Positions 49,827 to 60,043 of a stretch of 64,000 nucleotides of DNA are shown here, piece after piece (the first letter of the stretch is position 1; the number at the start of each line of letters is the position of its first letter). Location: the NCBI GenBank assembly GCA_964429695.1, contig CAYSCS010000003.1, forward strand, positions 6,704 through 70,703, written 5' to 3'. The notes beneath the pieces were generated by a model that was not told the origin of the DNA, did no database searches, and saw nothing but the letters and a program-made list of their open reading frames with translations. Source of the stretch: an uncultured Eubacteriales bacterium (lineage in GTDB: Bacteria > Acidobacteriota > Aminicenantia > Aminicenantales > Aminicenantaceae). The translations under genes and the position numbers were made by a program.

Positions 49827-50894
49827 ATGGAGAAGATAGAACCAACTTATTCATTCGTCCCTTATGGAAAAGAGCTCTTACCCGAAAAGAACACTCTCGT
49901 TTTAGACGTGGGGATGAAAACTATGCCCGGAGTCATAGACCATCATCACCCTCATGCTGAACCAGAGTGCACCGCCTCCCTCATTACAAAATACCCTGAG
50001 CTTGTTCTTCACCATCTGAAGAGAGAGGAAATTTTTCCCAAGGACCCGCCGCAAATCCGGATCATCACTCACCGTCTCCCTGACTTTGATTCAATTTCTT
50101 CGATCTTCCTCTCCCTCAAGTTGCTGGAACAAGGAAATGTAGATGTCTCAATGGAAAAAATTGCTCACTATGCAAAGATTGTGGACTCTGCTTCCCTGCC
50201 AAGAGAAATTGACCTTGCTTCTACCCCTTATTCTATCCTTCGTGCCTTGTTCAGAAAAATCCATAAAGAAGAAGAATTGACTAATCTTGAAAGAGTGAAT
50301 GAAGGCCTGAAGTTGATGCGATTCCTTCATGCCAGACTGAAAGAGGGTTACGAAATACTAGAAAACAGGCCTCTTTTCCGGAGCGTGGAAAGATATCAAA
50401 AGGCAATGGAAGCTGTCGAGGAAGATTACTTTGACTACCTTGAGGATTTAAAAAGAGCACGGATGATTTCCCTCCATCTCCCTTTGATTGAAGGTCAAAA
50501 GTCAAGAAGAGTAGAAGGGCTCATCATAAAAAACCCTAGGTCCTTTCTCCTCAAGGAATGGGCGAGAAGAGACAGGGTTAATTCTACTCAAAGACAGGGA
50601 TTTTCATTCTTAATGACAAATTTTGGGGACAGAAGATACATCCTTGGAGTCTATCCTGAAACCGGAGTGTATTTGTATGGACTGGGAGAACTTTTAAACA
50701 TCGAAGAAGAAAAAAGGAGGATTGCTTGCTCTCGTCCTCTCGCTTATAGATGGTATGATGGCAATTGCCCCTTTTTCAACTTCCGAATAATCGATTCTCC
50801 CCAGGATGGGACAAGCCTTTCTCAAGAAGAAATAGAAACTATTCTCTTTAACTTCAGCCAAGAAATAGAGAGAAAATTCTCGAGAAGAGCTTAA
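49827..50894 (+). CDS. Hypothetical protein.
   Basis: It is a 355-aa ORF with good coding appearance. It contains GVIDHHHPHAEP but I recognise no confident family. Confidence 0.5.
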   Translation: MEKIEPTYSFVPYGKELLPEKNTLVLDVGMKTMPGVIDHHHPHAEPECTASLITKYPELVLHHLKREEIFPKDPPQIRIITHRLPDFDSISSIFLSLKLLEQGNVDVSMEKIAHYAKIVDSASLPREIDLASTPYSILRALFRKIHKEEELTNLERVNEGLKLMRFLHARLKEGYEILENRPLFRSVERYQKAMEAVEEDYFDYLEDLKRARMISLHLPLIEGQKSRRVEGLIIKNPRSFLLKEWARRDRVNSTQRQGFSFLMTNFGDRRYILGVYPETGVYLYGLGELLNIEEEKRRIACSRPLAYRWYDGNCPFFNFRIIDSPQDGTSLSQEEIETILFNFSQEIERKFSRRA

Positions 50895-50936
50895 GCCTTA
50901 AGAATTTACTCCCTGAGTTACTCCAGAAAACAGGAA

Positions 50937-51030
<94 letters not shown>

Positions 51031-51178
51031 TTAAAATTTCTTGTGTTATTTTAACATTTTTTTCCCTTCGGTCAAAATCTCCTTTTCTTCAAGGAGAAAA
51101 TTTTCTCTCCATTCCTTGAGAATAGAGAAATTTGAAGGTCTTTCTCTTGTTTTTAAGAGGTTATGCTTCAAAAGTTTA

Positions 51179-51268
51179 TGGCGGAGGGAGAGGGATTCGA
51201 ACCCCCGTCCCGATTGCTCGGGAAGCGATTTTCAAGACCGCCGCCTTAAACCACTCGGCCATCCCTCC
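51179..51268 (-). tRNA. tRNA-Ser (anticodon UGA), class II with an encoded CCA.
   Basis: The reverse complement reads GGAGGGA...GCGGT-CTTGAAA-ATCGC-TCCCGAGCAATCGGGA-CGGGGGTTCGAATCCCTC-TCCCTCC-G-CCA. Confidence 0.85.
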
Positions 51269-51291
51269 ACCAAGAAAAGGGATTTCATTCT

Positions 51292-52569
51292 CTACGACTC
51301 AGTTATCTTCTCCAACCCTCCAGTATAAGGTCGAAGGGCTTCAGGAATGCGGACAGAGCCCTCTTCTTCTTGATAACTTTCAAGAATGGCACTCACTGTC
51401 CTGCCTAGCGCCACTCCTGACCCATTGAGGGTATGAACAAACTCTAATCTGGATTTTGCCTCTCTTCGAAACCTGATGTTTGCTCTCCGTGCTTGGAAAT
51501 CCTCACAGTTAGTACAGGATGAGACTTCAAGATATTTTTTTTGAAAAGGCATCCACACTTCAAGGTCATAAGTCTTTGCTCCGGAAAAACCAAGGTCTGC
51601 GGTACAAAGGCTCACTACTCGATAATGAAGGTCAAGTCTCTTGAGAACTTCCTCTGCATCATTTGTCATCCTCTCCAACTCTTCATAGGATTTTTCGGGT
51701 AAAGAAAAAGTCATGAGCTCAACTTTATTGAATTGATGCTGACGAATGAGTCCTTTTATATCTTTCCCGTAAGAACCGGCCTCACGTCTGAAACAAGGTG
51801 TATAGGCGACAAATCTAAGGGGAAGAGAATCAGAGCTTAAAATTTCGTTTCTATAATAGTTTGTCAGCGGCACCTCTGCCGTAGGTATGAGGTACCATGA
51901 ATATCCCTTTAGCTTGAAGAGGTCATCTTCGAACTTGGGTAAATTCCCCGTTCCGATCAAACTTTCCTCATTGGCTATGAAAGGAGGAATCATCTCTTTA
52001 TATCCTCTTTCGCGGGTATGGATATCGAGCATGAAATTAATCAGAGCCCTTTCCAGCAAGGCTCCTCCACCCAGATAGACTGCAAATCTTGAGCCTGCAA
52101 TCTTAGAAGCTCGATCGAAATCAAGAATGCCCAGGTTTTTCCCTATTTCCCAGTGTGGCTTGGGATCAAAATTAAACTCTGGTTTCTTCCCAAACTCCCT
52201 GACGACAAGATTATCTTCAGAACCTTTACCATAGGGAACAGAAGAATGGGGAATGTTTGGTATTCCGAGTAAAATTTGTCTAAGCTCTCCCTCATTTTTC
52301 CTTAATTCATCTTCTAAATCTTTCAATTTTCCTGCTACTTCCTTCATTTCTAGAATCAGAGTTCCTGGATTCTTCCCCTCTTTTCTCATCCTTCCAATCA
52401 CCTCGGAAGCCTTATTCTGCCTCGAGCGAAGAGCTTCGACCTCTCTCAAGATAAACTTCCTCTTCTGGGAAAGTTGCACCAACTCTTCCCATGGAATTTC
52501 TATCCCTCGCGAGGCAATCCTCTCCCTCACAAACTGTATGTTTTCGAGCACAAACTTAGGGTCTAACAT
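51292..52569 (-). CDS. serS: Serine--tRNA ligase.
   Basis: The SerRS N-terminal coiled-coil arm is [22 protein letters not shown]. The class II catalytic core includes [25 protein letters not shown]. Confidence 0.9.
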   Translation of the reverse strand: MLDPKFVLENIQFVRERIASRGIEIPWEELVQLSQKRKFILREVEALRSRQNKASEVIGRMRKEGKNPGTLILEMKEVAGKLKDLEDELRKNEGELRQILLGIPNIPHSSVPYGKGSEDNLVVREFGKKPEFNFDPKPHWEIGKNLGILDFDRASKIAGSRFAVYLGGGALLERALINFMLDIHTRERGYKEMIPPFIANEESLIGTGNLPKFEDDLFKLKGYSWYLIPTAEVPLTNYYRNEILSSDSLPLRFVAYTPCFRREAGSYGKDIKGLIRQHQFNKVELMTFSLPEKSYEELERMTNDAEEVLKRLDLHYRVVSLCTADLGFSGAKTYDLEVWMPFQKKYLEVSSCTNCEDFQARRANIRFRREAKSRLEFVHTLNGSGVALGRTVSAILESYQEEEGSVRIPEALRPYTGGLEKITES

Positions 52570-52685
52570 GGCAAAAATTATAGCATATCTTTTTCAGGCT
52601 TGTAAAAAATATGGATGGGTCAGGAGATTGTGGAGAATTTTGGCCCAAAGTTTAAAAAAGAATGACTTCTTCACGAAGGGCTCTA

Positions 52686-52725
52686 TAGATCGCAAAAAAA
52701 GAAGTGGTAACTGGTAACCCACCAA
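52686..52725 (-). terminator. Candidate intrinsic terminator / attenuator in the serS leader.
   Basis: The minus strand reads GGTGGGTTA-CCAG-TTACCACTT followed by CTTTTTTT. There is no upstream gene on this strand, and the element lies about 120 nt before the serS ATG. Confidence 0.35.
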
Positions 52726-53613
52726 TCAACCTAAGATAAGAAATATTTTAAATGAGGGCTTTTCTAAAGCTCCCAGGTATCACTAAAGTGACTAATTCAG
52801 CCCAAAATGGGGATGAAGAAAAATTAAGTCATTTGGAGGACATTTTGCTCTACCTACCCACTGACACCACCTTCTATGCCAAAGAATGGATAGGGAAATG
52901 AGCCACATTTTCAGCCTCTCCCCAAGGTCCTCAACTTGAAGAAGAGGTAATCACAAATGAATTATCATCTTAAGCCTCTTAACGATTTTCGGTCAAAAAT
53001 AGAAGCGGAGAATACTTCTCTTCGATTAAAAGCTTTTTTGGACCACCTTTCTTATTGGGAAAAAAGATATTTTCAAAAACTGAGCATAGATTCAGAACGA
53101 ACGATTTCATTATGGAAGAGGCTAAGGGAAAGTCACTAATAAAAAGAGAGGCGATCCTCCATCTATTTTGCTCTAAAACATTTCATCTCAACCTCCTCAA
53201 CAAGCTTTCTGGCAATCCGTAACACAAAATTTGGAGGAACATGTTCTTCTCTCAAATAATCAGATAAGATAATTTTTCTGTAATTTTTATTCTTTCCTTG
53301 ATGATTTCATTTTTTTCTAGCAAGCGATCCCCTTTTGTTGAGAAAAATAGGCATATTTGACATGCGGAAGGCTTTTCTCCTCACTTGATTTCCAAAAAAG
53401 AGGCAACTCAAAGAGACCTCACTTCCGGCTCTTCTCTGATTTTGTGGGGTGAGCGCTAGAGAAGTCTCAGATTCTTAACTCCACACCTCTGACACAGAGA
53501 AGGTGATAAATCCGCTTTTTTATAATCCAAAGAAAAAAGGCTCGGTTATTCAAATATTCAGGTTCTTTTTTAAGAGGTTGACTCAAATCTCTCCTTAAAA
53601 TATATTAAGTAAA

Positions 53614-54156
53614 ATGAAAAAAGCTCCTGCCTTCTTGAAGGGTTACATTCAAGTCTATACTGGAAACGGAAAAGGAAAGACAACCGCCGCACTTGGTCTT
53701 GCCCTTCGAGCCGCGGGTCATGGGGTAAAGGTCTTCATAGGGCAGTTTCTCAAAGGTCAGCATTATGGAGAGCTTGATTCTATAAAAAAGCTCCATCCCT
53801 TAATCATCATCAAACAATTTGGACGAAAGGGTTTTCTCCATGTTACTGAAAACCCTGATGAAGAAGACATCAAACGAGCAAGGAAGGGTCTTCAAGATTG
53901 CGAGAAGGCAATGCTTTCAGGAAATTACAAAATCATAATCCTGGATGAAATAAATGTTGCCCTCCATTTCAACCTGATCTCAGAGGAGGAGATCTATAAA
54001 TTCCTGGACCGAAAACCAGAAGACGTGGAGGTAGTTCTTACTGGAAGGTACGCGCCTCTCTCCCTAATCAAGAGAGCCGACCTTGTAACCGAGATGAAAC
54101 AGAAAAAACATTATTACCAGAAAGGAATAAAGGCAAGGGTTGGGATAGAAAAATAA
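53614..54156 (+). CDS. cobO: Cob(I)yrinic acid a,c-diamide adenosyltransferase (CobO/BtuR/PduO-independent type).
   Basis: GYIQVYTGNGKGKTTAALGLALRAAGHG is the CobA/CobO P-loop family signature. Confidence 0.85.
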   Translation: MKKAPAFLKGYIQVYTGNGKGKTTAALGLALRAAGHGVKVFIGQFLKGQHYGELDSIKKLHPLIIIKQFGRKGFLHVTENPDEEDIKRARKGLQDCEKAMLSGNYKIIILDEINVALHFNLISEEEIYKFLDRKPEDVEVVLTGRYAPLSLIKRADLVTEMKQKKHYYQKGIKARVGIEK

Positions 54157-54160
54157 AAAG

Positions 54161-54532
54161 ATGAAAATAGAAAAGTTTGAATCCTTGGTCGAGGAAGCCC
54201 TCGCGGAAATCCCTGAAAAATTCAAAAAGTATATCAAGAATCTTGCCATCCTGGTCGAAGAAAGGCCCCCAAAAAAAATCTTTAATTTTCGAGATATATC
54301 TCCAAAAAGCTTAATCCTTGGCCTCTATCACGGAGTCCCCTTTAAACATCGTGGACCATACTACGGAAATTTGCCACCCGATGTAATCGTGATTTATAAA
54401 GAGCCAATCGAGAGCGTTTGTCGCAATGAAGAAGAGGTGCAGCAAAAAATAAAGGAGGTAGTCTTTCACGAGATCGGACACTATTTTGGGCTGAGTGAGG
54501 AAGATTTGAAGCTCAAAGAAGATGAAGGGTAA
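54161..54532 (+). CDS. Small zincin-like metallopeptidase-fold protein.
   Basis: It is 123 aa, with the HExxH motif in VVFHEIGHYFGL near the C-terminus. Confidence 0.6.
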   Translation: MKIEKFESLVEEALAEIPEKFKKYIKNLAILVEERPPKKIFNFRDISPKSLILGLYHGVPFKHRGPYYGNLPPDVIVIYKEPIESVCRNEEEVQQKIKEVVFHEIGHYFGLSEEDLKLKEDEG

Positions 54533-54574
54533 TCTAAAGCCTTTTAACCAAATATATTATTGAGAGAAGGAAAA

Positions 54575-55474
54575 ATGGAAAAGAATTTCAGAGGAATCTT
54601 CGCAGCCTTAACCACACCCTTTTTAAACGACGAGGTTTCCTTCGAAAAATTCAAGCAAAACATCGAGAAGTATAACCTGTTTCCTCTTTCCGGGTATGTG
54701 GTAGCTGGCACTTCTGGAGAAGAAGTTTTTCTTTCAGAGGAGGAAGTGGAAGGATTGACGAGGGTAGCCAAAGAGAATTCACCTTTGGAGAAAAAAATCA
54801 TCGTCGGAGTGGCCAAAGAATCAACGCGAGCCACATTTGTCCAAGCAAAGCAGATAGCAAACTTAGGAGCCGATGCTCTCTTGATAAGGACACCTTCTTA
54901 TTTCCGGACAAAAATGACTCGAGAGGCTCTCGAAAAACATTATCTCTTCATCGCAGATAATTCAAATATTCCCATAATCATCTACCATATTCCCCAACAC
55001 ACAGGCCTTTCCCTAGAGCCAGAATTAATCATAAGACTCTCTGAACATCCAAACATATGGGGAATAAAAGATAGTTCAGGCTCCCTGAGTCTCCTGGAAG
55101 AAACGATTCCTTATCTTCCTCGAGATTTTTATTTCCTTCTTGGAGCTGCCAGTCTCTTACTCCCTGGCTTAATTCTGGGTGCCTCAGGAGGGATTCTTCG
55201 TCTAGCAACCATTCTGCCGGGCCCGTGCCTCAAACTCTACAATTTGATTCAGGAAGGAAAAATTGAGGAAGCAAAGAAAATTCAGCTTGCCTTAAATCCT
55301 GTTAACAAGGCCATCACCCAGACATTTGGAATCGCGGGGACAAAGTTCGCTCTCGACCTTCTGGGGTTTTATGGAGGTCTGCCTCGCTTACCCCTCACCC
55401 CTCTTTCTGATGAGCAAAAAAAGGAGATGGAAAAGACCCTCCACTCTTTCCTCAAAAGGGATGAACCACTTTAA
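54575..55474 (+). CDS. DapA/NAL-family class I aldolase (dihydrodipicolinate synthase-like).
   Basis: GIFAALTTPF...GTSGE and the Schiff-base Lys context GIKDSSG are present. I prefer the ATG at 54575 (SD GAGAAGG) over the TTG at 54560. Confidence 0.7.
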   Translation: MEKNFRGIFAALTTPFLNDEVSFEKFKQNIEKYNLFPLSGYVVAGTSGEEVFLSEEEVEGLTRVAKENSPLEKKIIVGVAKESTRATFVQAKQIANLGADALLIRTPSYFRTKMTREALEKHYLFIADNSNIPIIIYHIPQHTGLSLEPELIIRLSEHPNIWGIKDSSGSLSLLEETIPYLPRDFYFLLGAASLLLPGLILGASGGILRLATILPGPCLKLYNLIQEGKIEEAKKIQLALNPVNKAITQTFGIAGTKFALDLLGFYGGLPRLPLTPLSDEQKKEMEKTLHSFLKRDEPL

Positions 55475-55509
55475 GACACAAAACCAGAAAGCTTGAAGAA
55501 ATAAAAAAA

Positions 55510-56718
55510 TTGACAAGGCGTTCTTTTCTCAAGAATATTCTCTCCCTGACAGCCTCTTCATCTCTTCCAGGCTCAACAAGAATCTCTGAGAAGACAAAAT
55601 CCCTAGCCCGGAAGAGAAAAGGAAATATGTTCTACAGACAACTGGGAAGAACTGGCGTCTTTATCTCTGAAATCTCTATGGGGGGAAGCCCAGTTCCGGA
55701 AATGCCTGTGCTTCTCCGTGCTTTCGAAAAAGGGGTAAACTTCATTGATACCTCTCACAACTATATGAATGGTAATAGCGAGCGTCGGATTGGTCAGTTT
55801 CTAAAAGAAGTGGGAAGAGAAAATGTGTATGTGGGGACAAAATTTCACGTGCACAAAAACTCCAGCGTAGATTCCATCATCGAAACCGTGAACGGCAGTT
55901 TGAAAAGACTTGAGACAGATTATCTGGACGTACTCTGCATCCATGGGGTCGATGACGAAAAAATTGTTAGGGATGAAAGGGTAATTGAAGCATTCGAAAG
56001 GCTGAAGAAATATGGGAAATACAGATTTAGAGGAATATCGTGTCATTCAAATCACCACAGTGTAGTGAGCAGTACCATCCAGACTTCCTATTATGACCTC
56101 ATTCTCCTTGCTTACAATGCATTTGACATCCAGACTCCGCGAAAAGAAATTGAAGTTTATGAGGACTATCTCAAGCAATGCAACCTTAGCCACTTGATTT
56201 CTCTGGCCAATTCAAGGGAGGTAGGCATCATTGCCATGAAAACCTTAAAAGTAGGTGCAAAAAGGCAGGACCTCACCAAGTATAAAACAGGTACTACCTC
56301 TTTGATCCAGGCTATGTTGAAATGGGTCCTTTCCAATCCAGGTATTACTTCCGCGCTTACGGAAATGTTGACCTTCGCTCAACTCGAGGAGGACCTGGGA
56401 GCGGTGGGAAAGGAACTCGATGAGAGAGAAAGAAAAATGCTCTTTCGCTATGTAGCGGAGAATGACGTAGATTACTGCCGACTCTGCGGCGAGTGCGGAA
56501 AGCATTGCCCTTCAGGAATCCCAACAACTAAAATACTCCACATTCTGATCTACTATGAGAACTATGGCAAGAAAGAACTCGCGCAGACTGAGTATTCACT
56601 CCTCGAGCCTTCTCAGAGAGCCAACCGCTGTATGGGTTGTGGGAATTGTGAAAGAGCTTGTCCTTACGGGGTTAGGATTCGGCACAAATTAAAGGAAGCT
56701 TCTCTTTATTTCTCATAG
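55510..56718 (+). CDS. Aldo/keto reductase fused to a C-terminal 2x[4Fe-4S] ferredoxin domain, with a twin-arginine signal.
   Basis: The N-terminus MTRRSFLKNILSLTASSS resembles a Tat signal. The AKR core is present, followed by C-terminal CRLCGECGKHCP and CMGCGNCERACP. Confidence 0.8.
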   Translation: MTRRSFLKNILSLTASSSLPGSTRISEKTKSLARKRKGNMFYRQLGRTGVFISEISMGGSPVPEMPVLLRAFEKGVNFIDTSHNYMNGNSERRIGQFLKEVGRENVYVGTKFHVHKNSSVDSIIETVNGSLKRLETDYLDVLCIHGVDDEKIVRDERVIEAFERLKKYGKYRFRGISCHSNHHSVVSSTIQTSYYDLILLAYNAFDIQTPRKEIEVYEDYLKQCNLSHLISLANSREVGIIAMKTLKVGAKRQDLTKYKTGTTSLIQAMLKWVLSNPGITSALTEMLTFAQLEEDLGAVGKELDERERKMLFRYVAENDVDYCRLCGECGKHCPSGIPTTKILHILIYYENYGKKELAQTEYSLLEPSQRANRCMGCGNCERACPYGVRIRHKLKEASLYFS

Positions 56719-56992
56719 ACCGTGCACCTTGATCCGACCATGCTTTACCTGCGTCATCCCTGGATTTAGCTCAGGCAAGGCTTACCTGCAGCACAAGAAT
56801 TGACCCTGCTACCGCTGCTACCTTCCGGTCCTGACGGGCTTCACAGGGCATTCTTTGCACAGGGCCCTGACCGTCAACACCACTTCCAGAAACCCAGACC
56901 AGACAAAGCATAGCCTCGTCAAGGAGTTCAGCCCCACTATAGCGGATTGTGGGTTACAGGGCACCGCTAGCTCCCCGCCTAGCACGGCCTTT
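56718..56992 (-). ncRNA. ffs: Signal recognition particle RNA, long (Alu-domain-containing, Bacillus/archaeal-type) form.
   Basis: The minus strand contains GUCAGGACCGGAAGGUAGCAGC, the helix-8 GGAA tetraloop consensus. Its 5' part, GCCGUGCUAGGCGGGGAGCUAGCGGUGCCCUGUAACCCACAAUCCGCU, and its 3' end, AAGGUGCACGGUC, closely parallel B. subtilis scRNA. Confidence 0.8.
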
Positions 56993-57038
56993 AAATCTTA
57001 ACTTTCTCCCCTAAAACATGTCAAATCCAGCTGAGGAA

Positions 57039-58289
57039 TCAGAACCTTAAGGCAAGACCAACCCGAAGCAATAAACCATCCCAGAATCCCACCTCGCCTC
57101 TCAAAATCAAGGGATGAAAAATCTCGGCTCTCACTCCGAGATTAAGCTGGAAGAGAAGGAAAATGTTGGGGATATTGAAATCTGCCTCCTCCTCTGCTTC
57201 CTTGAAGCTCTTTGTCTCAGAGCTTTCAATCTCTTCTTGAGGACCTAGCCAGTTATAATTTCCAGAAAATTCGTAATGCACTTCTCCCTTAAGAGATGCG
57301 ATCCCAGCCCCTAGCACAAAATAGGGTGTTACTTTCCAGTTAGGTTTTATCTCCCAGCGAAAACTCAAGTTCGTAGTCAAGGGCGAAAGCCTGAGATAAG
57401 CATCTGTTTCGACATCAGCATATGTTCCATCGGCGAATCTTTGCTTAAAAGGACCCTTCAGGGTAAAACGCAGATTAGTCTTTTCCAGAGATAACCCCAG
57501 ACTGAAGCTTCTTTTTTCCCCATGAGGAAAAAACCTCATCTCGATCCCATAGTTTGAACCGCCCGTGTCTAAAACAAAACTTTGTTCACCTGTGGTGCTA
57601 ATAAGAGCCGGGTGCGACTCCCTTACCTTACCAGAAACTTTTTTCCCTATCTCCTCACTCACTTCTTCAATCAATCTCTCCTCAAACAAGCCTTTGAAAA
57701 TGTCAAAACTCCATGAGCCACAATGAACCTCAACTTCCCATTTCCCACCTTCATAGGAAAATTTGGGGGAAGGACCTACAACCTCCTGAGCCGGAGGTGA
57801 TGAGACAGGTGAAGGAGGACTCTCACCTTTAAGGGAACTCTTCATCATCTTTTCTTTTTTTATTTTTTCCTTTTCTTCAAAGAAGAAATCCACGAACTGT
57901 TGTGGATAAAACAGGGGAGAGATTTCTTTCTCAGCGTCGATTTCTAAGACCCTTTGCAACCACTCTCTTGATTTATCTAAATCCTCACTCATGAAATACG
58001 AGAGAGAGAGCCCAAAGTATACCCTGGATAAATTCAAAATGTTATCTGTAAGAGGAATTGCCTTGAGAAAGAATTGAATTGCTTTTTCGTATTCTCTGCT
58101 CTGAAGAAAATACTCAGCCTGTATCAACACCTCTTCGAAAGAATCGTCCTTCTCCTCAGGATAAAGACTCATAGCCAGATTAGAAAATAACCACACCGCT
58201 AAAAACAGAATAAAATTTTTCTTTAAACCCATAAGCATCCTTCTCATCTCAAGAGCTAAAATCCTAACTTCATGAGAAATCTTTGTCAA
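57039..58289 (-). CDS. Putative outer-membrane protein (a TPR-like N-terminus plus a beta-barrel-like C-terminus).
   Basis: A signal/anchor segment is followed by TPR-like helices. The C-terminal half has alternating hydrophobic residues and ends with an aromatic terminal residue (…GLALRF), as in OMP beta-barrels. Confidence 0.45.
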   Translation of the reverse strand: MTKISHEVRILALEMRRMLMGLKKNFILFLAVWLFSNLAMSLYPEEKDDSFEEVLIQAEYFLQSREYEKAIQFFLKAIPLTDNILNLSRVYFGLSLSYFMSEDLDKSREWLQRVLEIDAEKEISPLFYPQQFVDFFFEEKEKIKKEKMMKSSLKGESPPSPVSSPPAQEVVGPSPKFSYEGGKWEVEVHCGSWSFDIFKGLFEERLIEEVSEEIGKKVSGKVRESHPALISTTGEQSFVLDTGGSNYGIEMRFFPHGEKRSFSLGLSLEKTNLRFTLKGPFKQRFADGTYADVETDAYLRLSPLTTNLSFRWEIKPNWKVTPYFVLGAGIASLKGEVHYEFSGNYNWLGPQEEIESSETKSFKEAEEEADFNIPNIFLLFQLNLGVRAEIFHPLILRGEVGFWDGLLLRVGLALRF

Positions 58290-58306
58290 TATGAGTTAAA
58301 TTTTTT

Positions 58307-58548
58307 GGATTATCTCCCGATTAGTTGATAAAAAATAGAACATCTGTGCGCGTAACTATAAGATTTCATCGGATTAAGAGGGGGATTCAGATTCAAAATA
58401 TCAAAGCGAATACGAAGGGAGTATCTCTTAAGCGTTTTGAATTGACCGAACTCTAACAAAAGGAAGAAGTTATTAGTCTTCTCTCCTCTACGAGATATCA
58501 TATTTTCACCAACTAATTTGGAGAAGAGCCAATTTTTTTCTCTTTTCA
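58307..58548 (-). repeat. Copy B (inverted orientation) of the roughly 240-bp terminal-inverted-repeat family.
   Basis: Its reverse complement aligns end to end with copies A, C and D. Confidence 0.7.
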
Positions 58549-58985
58549 TTCCCCTTTGAATATCAACCTCTGCTCAGAATTTAGCCCTGTTTTAAACAAA
58601 TTTTCCTCTTCCTGCTCTCTTGGCTCTTCTTGCCCAAATCTTTAGTCGGATGATGCCTAAGCTCATCAAAAAATATATACTTCTGGCATAATCAACTCTC
58701 TTTTTTCAAGCTGGATTTATGGTTTTGTTCAAACAAAAAAACCATGAGCATAGCCTTAAAGAAAATCAAAGCTTGGTTTGCAATCAATTTACATCAAAAG
58801 AGGTATGGTGTCTGCCGAGTTTAAGTGGAAGTATGAATGCTTACGAAAATTTCTTCCTTCTCCAAGGGATAGAGAAAAGCAGAAGAAGAAATTAAATTTT
58901 CAGGCAAATCATTAAGGAAAAGGAAGAAGATATTGATTAAAAAAGATAAAATTGCTATATTTTAAAATTAAGAGAGGAGAAAAAG

Positions 58986-59675
58986 ATGTTTTTTTGGGAT
59001 TATACGTTCGTCTTATTGATTCCGCCTCTTCTCCTTGCTCTCTATGCTCAACAGAAAGTGAGAAGCACCTATAAACATTTCAGCACAAAGATTGCCTCCT
59101 CCCGAGTCACTGGTTCTCAGCTGGCTTGGCAAATCTTAAGGTCGGCGGGTGCAAATGAGGTTAAAGTCGAAGTAATTCCCGGTCAGCTAACTGATCACTA
59201 TGACCCGCGGAAAAAAGCACTTCGCCTTTCAAAAGCAGTCTCAGCGAGTAATTCTTTGGCTGCACTTGGAATCGCAGCCCACGAAACAGGACATGCCCTC
59301 CAGCATCACATGGGATATTTCCCTTTACAAATAAGAAATGCCATCTATCCTCTTGCAAGTTTCGGCTCCTCACTTGCCTTCCCCATATTTTTCATAGGCT
59401 TCATCTTCAGCAGGCAAGGTCCAAGCATCCTCATGGATATAGGGATTTTTCTTTTCGCAGGAGCAGTCCTCTTCAGTGTGCTTACCTTACCTGTGGAATT
59501 CAATGCCTCATCCAGAGCATTGAATCTTCTTAAAGAAGGAGGCTATTTAAGCAAGGCTGAGCTCCAAGGAGCAGGCAAGGTCCTCTCGGCAGCAGCTCTG
59601 ACTTATGTAGCGGCGACTGCGATGGCTGCCATGCAATTATTGAGGCTCTTCCTGATAAGGAACTCAAGGAGATAA
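58986..59675 (+). CDS. Membrane-associated neutral zinc metallopeptidase (Zn_peptidase_2-like).
   Basis: HExxH sits in AAHETGHALQH, flanked by TM helices. The 229-aa size is typical of this family. Confidence 0.7.
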   Translation: MFFWDYTFVLLIPPLLLALYAQQKVRSTYKHFSTKIASSRVTGSQLAWQILRSAGANEVKVEVIPGQLTDHYDPRKKALRLSKAVSASNSLAALGIAAHETGHALQHHMGYFPLQIRNAIYPLASFGSSLAFPIFFIGFIFSRQGPSILMDIGIFLFAGAVLFSVLTLPVEFNASSRALNLLKEGGYLSKAELQGAGKVLSAAALTYVAATAMAAMQLLRLFLIRNSRR

Positions 59676-60043
59676 TCCCTTTTTAAGAAAAACGAAATGG
59701 AGGAAGGTCAGTCTCTTAAATTTGAAGGTTAATCCGCTTTTATTGCAAGTATAAAAGAGATATTTTCATGACTCGGGAAGGAATTCAATCTCATTGAATT
59801 CATTTTTTAAGAGGTTAATTATTTGAATATCAATAAGAGAAGGGCCATTCATCATAAATTTTTCTCTAAGATATCTCCTTTAAAGCCTCTCTTTAGGCTT
59901 TTTGAAGAACTTGATTCTCAAAGTTTACCCAGTAAAATCAGCAGAACAAATTTAAATGATTTGACTCAATAAAGATTGCACATAAAGAATAAACAATTTA
60001 TCATGAATTAATCCCATTTAGGTAGATATGTTAGAGAGAAGTA

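Noticed and set aside
51041-51428. Plus-strand ORFs 51041-51328 and 51132-51428.
   Set aside because: They overlap the two tRNA-Ser genes and the serS 3' end in antisense. There is no SD and the composition is tRNA-derived.
53380-53613. A cobalamin riboswitch upstream of cobO.
   Set aside because: The only resemblance is AGAGAAGGTGATAAATCC to the GGUGnnAAnUCC core. No B12 box (rAGYCMGgAgaCCkGCc) or pairing partner is found on either strand.
56718-56992. tmRNA or RNase P RNA as the identity of the GC-richer non-coding block.
   Set aside because: There is no tRNA-like 3' end (GGUUCGAxUCC...ACCA), no tag-peptide reading frame and no RNase P P4 (GGAAAGUCCGG) motif. The SRP helix-8 consensus and the end-to-end similarity to Bacillus scRNA explain the block.
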